From Gammaproteobacteria bacterium (lineage in GTDB: Bacteria; Pseudomonadota; Gammaproteobacteria; Eutrophobiales; Eutrophobiaceae): a stretch of 64,000 nt of DNA. Below the pieces are notes generated by a model that had not been told where the DNA came from, ran no database searches, and saw only the letters and a list, made by a program, of their open reading frames with translations. The position numbers and the translations under genes are program-made. The DNA is taken from assembly GCA_965243205.1 (NCBI GenBank), contig CBDEUK010000002.1, forward strand, positions 2,144,001 to 2,208,000, read 5' to 3'. Within the stretch, counting starts at the first letter, position 1; every line of letters begins with the position of its first letter. Positions 59,279 through 64,000 of this stretch are shown piece after piece.

Positions 59279-59832
59279 TTAAGTTTTGAAATAATATTTT
59301 TTGTTGCTTCAATTACAATCATTTCACATTTATTAAAATAATATTCATTAGTATTATATGGGTCATGTAAATAAGGCCTATAATCTTCATGCCATAAGCC
59401 AATTAAGGTTTTTTGTGCAGTAACATTTTTTGGAAAAAGACTTGTTGAAAAATGTTGAGGTTCCATTGCGATAATGAGATCTGTTTCTTCGAAATATGCA
59501 TCTTTAATAGATGTAGTTTGATGAGTTGTTAAATCGACATCAAAATTTTTGGCTATTTCGATTGCTCTTGGATCCGCTGGGTCACCATTGGGAGCAGTTA
59601 AGCCATATGATCTGGTTTTTATTCCATGAAATTTTGCAATCCCTTCTCCTAGTGGACTCCTGCAGATGTTTCCCATACAGATAAAAACAAGTGTGTTTAC
59701 CTTATTCCAATTGATAGATTTATATTGGTTCCAAAGACCAAAAAGTTCCTTTGTTCTAGAAACAGATAAATGCATAAATCCTGTTTTAGAACCGTATTCG
59801 TTTTTTATATATGAATTGATTGTCTGTGGCAT
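59275..59832 (-). CDS. Low-molecular-weight protein tyrosine phosphatase family protein
   Basis: P-loop CMGNICRS and HDPY. Confidence 0.9.
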   Translation of the reverse strand: MPQTINSYIKNEYGSKTGFMHLSVSRTKELFGLWNQYKSINWNKVNTLVFICMGNICRSPLGEGIAKFHGIKTRSYGLTAPNGDPADPRAIEIAKNFDVDLTTHQTTSIKDAYFEETDLIIAMEPQHFSTSLFPKNVTAQKTLIGLWHEDYRPYLHDPYNTNEYYFNKCEMIVIEATKNIISKLN

Positions 59833-59883
59833 GGGTAAATAAAATATGCTGTAATGAAATAAATTTTTAAATTATATACGACA

Positions 59884-61056
59884 GTGACAAATATTTTAGT
59901 ACTTGATGGCAATCAGCGTAGTGCCTTAGCAGTCGTTCGTTCATTAGGCGAGCTAGATGTGGATATTATAACAAGTGATGAAACTAATAAATCACTTGCA
60001 GGCCATTCCAAATTTGTAAAAAGAAATATTCAGTCTCCCTCACCCAAAGAAGAACCAGATGACTTCATAGAATGGTTTAATAATACAGTAGAGTCTGAGC
60101 AGATATCCATCGCATTTCCTGTCACAGAAATAACCAGTCAGCTTTTATTGCTAAATAAAGAAAAACTTTCACATAAAGTTAAACTGCCATTTGCTGATAT
60201 AGACATTATTATGCAGTTAGCAAATAAATCAAACTTGATGAAACGTGCTGAAAAACTAAATGTAAAACATCCTAAAACAGAATATTTTGAACATCAAAAC
60301 CAATTAGATATGAACGCTGTTAAAGAATATCCTTGTGTAATTAAACCTTCACTATCAAGGATTTTTATTGAAAGCGAGTGGATTGATTCAGAAGTAAAGA
60401 TAATTTATAGCAAAGAAGATTTAGAACATTTGTTGGAATCTAACTATGATTATCTTAATTATCCATTCATGCTGCAGGAATTCATACCAGGAAAGGGTGC
60501 TGGTATTTTTACTATTTATCATCATGGCAAAGAAATTGCGTTCTTTGCGCATAAACGTCTTAGAGAAAAACCGCCATCGGGTGGTGTAAGTGTGCTTTCT
60601 GAATCGGCTGAATTGAATCCAGAAATGTTAGAGTCAGCAAGGAAAATTTTGGATGATGTAAATTGGCATGGTGTTGCTATGGTTGAATATCGAGTATCAG
60701 ATGACGGAATTCCGTATTTAATGGAAGTGAATACAAGGTTTTGGGGGTCGTTACAATTAGCAATTGATTCAGGTGTTAATTTTCCAAAAATACTTTACCG
60801 CATCACTAATAATGAGAAAGTAGATGCATTGAATAATTATAAAATTGGACAACAATTACGTTGGTTCTTAGGTGATTTGGATAGTTTATACATCGTTTTA
60901 AAAGATGGCCGATATGGTTTAACTGCAAAGTTGAAACGCATAGTTACATTTTTAGTTCCTAAATTAATGAATCGACGCATGGAAGTGAATCGCTTTGGAG
61001 ATTTATCACCGGCCATTTATGAAATAAAAACCTATTTTAAAAGTTTAATGGGTTAG
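59884..61056 (+). CDS. ATP-grasp ligase
   Basis: RSALAVVRSLG, YPCVIKP, LQEFIPG, HKRLREKPPSGG, LMEVNTRFWGSL. Confidence 0.9.
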   Translation: MTNILVLDGNQRSALAVVRSLGELDVDIITSDETNKSLAGHSKFVKRNIQSPSPKEEPDDFIEWFNNTVESEQISIAFPVTEITSQLLLLNKEKLSHKVKLPFADIDIIMQLANKSNLMKRAEKLNVKHPKTEYFEHQNQLDMNAVKEYPCVIKPSLSRIFIESEWIDSEVKIIYSKEDLEHLLESNYDYLNYPFMLQEFIPGKGAGIFTIYHHGKEIAFFAHKRLREKPPSGGVSVLSESAELNPEMLESARKILDDVNWHGVAMVEYRVSDDGIPYLMEVNTRFWGSLQLAIDSGVNFPKILYRITNNEKVDALNNYKIGQQLRWFLGDLDSLYIVLKDGRYGLTAKLKRIVTFLVPKLMNRRMEVNRFGDLSPAIYEIKTYFKSLMG

Positions 61057-61076
61057 AACAGGCAAAAAAACAGAAC

Positions 61077-61871
61077 ATGAAATATTTATGCGTTATGTAT
61101 CATGATATTTATTCAGATGACCATGCTGGATATTCGAACATTGGTAAATCAGCTACCAGTTATCATGTGTCTTTATCGAGATTTCAAGAACATATTTCTA
61201 TGTATGAACAGCATGGTTTGAAATTTATATCACAAACAGAACTGAATAATAATGCTTCAAACAATGCTGTTCTTGTAACATTTGATGATGGTTGGTTAGG
61301 TTCACTGACGGTTGGTGCGGATTTTTTAGAATCAAAATCCATTCCTGCTGTGTATTTTATTACGACTAATTTTATTGGTATGGATTATTTTGCAAACGCT
61401 AAAGAAATTCAGCAAGCGCATAGCAGAGGTTTCATTATTGGTTCACATGGCGTCACTCATCGTATGTTAAGTAGTTTGGATGCAACAGAAATAAAAAAAG
61501 AACTTTCAGAGTCAAAAAAAATTTTAGAAGATATTATTTCTGACGAAGTTATTTGTTTTAGTTTGCCTGGTGGAGCAGGTGATAAGCGAGTCTATCAAAT
61601 TGCTGAAGAGCTTGGTTATCAATATATCTATACTTCAGAGATTGCGATTAACCCTACTCGTAAAGGTATACGTAGGATAGCTAGAGTAGGGCTTATGGAT
61701 AAGACGTCAGATGAAACTATACATCGATGGTCAGGCTTTGATGTTGCAAAAGAATGGCGAAAGAAAGCAGTTCTATCTGTGCCTAAAAATTTATTAGGTA
61801 TGAAAAATTATTCTAAATTAAGACGGTTAATTCTCGGTGAAACAAAGGAAAACCATTACTTCAAGCCATAA
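61077..61871 (+). CDS. Polysaccharide deacetylase (CE4)
   Basis: MYHDI, TFDDG, GSHGVTH, SLPGG. Confidence 0.9.
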   Translation: MKYLCVMYHDIYSDDHAGYSNIGKSATSYHVSLSRFQEHISMYEQHGLKFISQTELNNNASNNAVLVTFDDGWLGSLTVGADFLESKSIPAVYFITTNFIGMDYFANAKEIQQAHSRGFIIGSHGVTHRMLSSLDATEIKKELSESKKILEDIISDEVICFSLPGGAGDKRVYQIAEELGYQYIYTSEIAINPTRKGIRRIARVGLMDKTSDETIHRWSGFDVAKEWRKKAVLSVPKNLLGMKNYSKLRRLILGETKENHYFKP

Positions 61872-62694
61872 AGAACTTATAGAGCCGGCTGGCTTAAGAC
61901 CACATAAGGTTATTTTTTTAGGAGCAAGTGGGCCATTTCATCGTAATTCTTGTGCAACCTTAATAAAGAACGATGTTAATGTCGTTGCCGCTGTTTTTTG
62001 TAATCGGGAAGGCTTTAAAGAAAAACTGAAATTTCTGCGTTCTTGGGCAAAACGCTATGGTGTTTTTAAAACAGTTGAGCAAATCATAGGTCGAATACTC
62101 GATAAATTAAAAAACTCGGCTTTTGAAAAAGAAGTACTGACACGCCTTATTAGTGATGAAAATAATAAACAAATCCTAAAGGATTCAGGCGTTCCGTTAT
62201 TACATACGGATTCATATATCCGTCCTGATATTTTGCAAAAAATAAAAGAATTGCAGCCAGATATTTTTGTTGTACATAGTAAGTATATGGTTTCCAAAAA
62301 AATAACGGAATTAGCTAGCGTGACAACTATAGGAGGTCATCCTGGTATCACGCCATATTATCGAGGTGCGTATTCACCTTTTTGGGCCATAATGCAAAAT
62401 GAGCTAGATATGGTTGGTTGTACAGCGTTTATTCTTGATGAGGGGATTGATACAGGCGCTGTGATTGCTCAAACGCAGTTGGATGTCACAGATAACGCTG
62501 ATAGTCATTTAACCTTGGCATGGAAAGGAATGATCGAAATTGCAGAGTTACAGTCGGAGGCAATAAAAACACTTGATAATGGAGAGGCTTTGCCCGTTTA
62601 TCCGAATCAAACTATTCCTGAGAATAGTTATTTTGGTCCTCCTGGATTGTTTGATATTTTAAAATATCGGCGCATGCAATCGAAAGTAAGATAG
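61837..62694 (+). CDS. Formyltransferase family protein
   Basis: HPGITPYYRG and GIDTG (N10-formyl-THF-binding motifs); start uncertain. Confidence 0.85.
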   Translation: MKQRKTITSSHKELIEPAGLRPHKVIFLGASGPFHRNSCATLIKNDVNVVAAVFCNREGFKEKLKFLRSWAKRYGVFKTVEQIIGRILDKLKNSAFEKEVLTRLISDENNKQILKDSGVPLLHTDSYIRPDILQKIKELQPDIFVVHSKYMVSKKITELASVTTIGGHPGITPYYRGAYSPFWAIMQNELDMVGCTAFILDEGIDTGAVIAQTQLDVTDNADSHLTLAWKGMIEIAELQSEAIKTLDNGEALPVYPNQTIPENSYFGPPGLFDILKYRRMQSKVR

Positions 62695-62697
62695 CCA

Positions 62698-64000
62698 TTA
62701 AATTTCGATTGAATCTTGGTATTTGGAAAACCAATTTAAATACATAAACATCGACCATATTGCAAAGTTATTATCTTTTTTACCTTGTTGGTGTTGATTC
62801 CATATCAGATCAACTTTTTCTTTATTTATTCCTGCCGCTCTAATTAAATCATTATCATCAAATAACTTTAAGATCGAAGATTTTAACTCTTTCCGTAACC
62901 AGGTGTTTAATGGCATGGAAAATCCCATTTTAGGTCTTTCGATCAATTCTTTTGGTACATATCGATACAGTAATTCACGCATGAGCCATTTTGATTGACC
63001 ATTTTTTATTTTGTATTTGTTAGGGAGGTTGTTCGCAAATTCAACAATTTTATGATCTAACAATGGTAATCTAACTTCTAAGGAATTTGCCATGGCGGCA
63101 CGATCCACTTTAAATAAATTATCACAAGCCAAATAAAATTTTTGATCGTGTAACATGGCATTGCTTAAAAAATCATTATTAAATGGTTCTGAGTCCATAC
63201 CTTGGAAATAGCCATAATTGGTATTGGATTCTCCAGTTAATGGAGAGTCTCGCCAAAAGGATACTAAATCGGCATACACAGATAGCCCATCATTCTTAGA
63301 AAGTAAGCGAGCGAATTTATGAATTTTAGTACCAATGTCTTTTTCAGATTTTTTATCAGAACGACTAAACATCTGTTTGGCACTGTAAATCGAATCATAA
63401 ATATCAGTAGGAACATGGCCTAGCATAAAGCTAGATGTCTTACGTATGAATTCAGGAACGCGCTGCATTTTATCCCAAACATTTTGGCCCCAGAGATATC
63501 GGTTATAGCCAGCAAATAATTCATCGCCGCCATCGCCCGATAAACAAACAGTCACGTGTTTTCTAGCTTCTCTACTAACTAAATAGGTAGGTACAAAAGA
63601 TGGGTCAGCAAACGGTTCGTCAACTATGGTATGAATGTTTTGAATTAGATCGATACACTCATCCATGGATAAAGGAATTTCAGTATGTTGAGTCGATAAA
63701 TGATCTGCTATTTGTTTTGCAAATGGCGCTTCATTATAGGCCTCATTATCAAAAGCGATGGTATAAGTATTAATTGGTTTTGATGATGAATGTTGTAGTA
63801 CGGCGGCAACTAGAGAAGAATCGATTCCACCTGATAAAAACAAACCTAAATCAACATCTGCAATGGATTGATTTTGCACAACATCGAATAAAGATTTCTC
63901 AAATAGATCGGTTACTTCTTTATTACTCATCTCATCTAGTTGTTGAGCAACCGATACATCTAGGCGTTCTATATTATCCCAGTAAGCAGTGGACTGACTT
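62698..64000 (-). CDS. asnB: Asparagine synthase (glutamine-hydrolysing) family amidotransferase, 5'-truncated by the window edge
   Basis: FLSGGIDSS, EPFADPS, LSGDGGDELFAGY, KVDRAAMANSLEVR, RPKMGF; the frame stays open from 63930 to the window end. Confidence 0.93.
   Translation of the reverse strand, partial: SQSTAYWDNIERLDVSVAQQLDEMSNKEVTDLFEKSLFDVVQNQSIADVDLGLFLSGGIDSSLVAAVLQHSSSKPINTYTIAFDNEAYNEAPFAKQIADHLSTQHTEIPLSMDECIDLIQNIHTIVDEPFADPSFVPTYLVSREARKHVTVCLSGDGGDELFAGYNRYLWGQNVWDKMQRVPEFIRKTSSFMLGHVPTDIYDSIYSAKQMFSRSDKKSEKDIGTKIHKFARLLSKNDGLSVYADLVSFWRDSPLTGESNTNYGYFQGMDSEPFNNDFLSNAMLHDQKFYLACDNLFKVDRAAMANSLEVRLPLLDHKIVEFANNLPNKYKIKNGQSKWLMRELLYRYVPKELIERPKMGFSMPLNTWLRKELKSSILKLFDDNDLIRAAGINKEKVDLIWNQHQQGKKDNNFAIWSMFMYLNWFSKYQDSIEI

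Noticed and set aside
63928-63930. ORF-track start for a 410-aa asparagine synthase lacking the glutaminase domain
   Set aside because: The reading frame stays open to the window edge, so this Met is probably internal and the gene is simply cut by the window.

Overview
AT-rich gammaproteobacterial chromosome segment that probably lies near the replication origin. From left to right it holds: a Gld-like ABC operon (GldA/F/G-like plus DUF4340); a secreted OB-fold-like protein paired with a matrixin metalloprotease; an M20 peptidase; an unannotated 55-aa lipoprotein plus a lipid-tethered cupredoxin; PPK2; a Tat-exported GMC dehydrogenase pair; the conserved mnmG-rsmG-parAB-atpIBEFHAGDC-glmU block; actP; hemL-thiE-thiD with rubredoxin and hemJ; argC-bactofilin-erpA-anmK-M23-tyrS; a complete rRNA operon (16S-tRNA-Ile-tRNA-Ala-23S-5S); and an AT-rich surface-polysaccharide locus that runs off the right end. 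The strongest leads are three. (1) The small lipoprotein at 8972-9139 is essentially a lipobox plus the motif HxVVxQxxIYKNWPYQ, and the same motif recurs inside the adjacent cupredoxin lipoprotein. (2) A compact candidate sRNA sits upstream of argC, with a near-consensus sigma70 promoter, a 5' hairpin, an (AAU)n tract and a UUCG-capped terminator. (3) The matrixin protease and its upstream partner may be a protease/TIMP-like or split-prodomain pair. All protein calls come from motif recognition by eye; no database searches were run.
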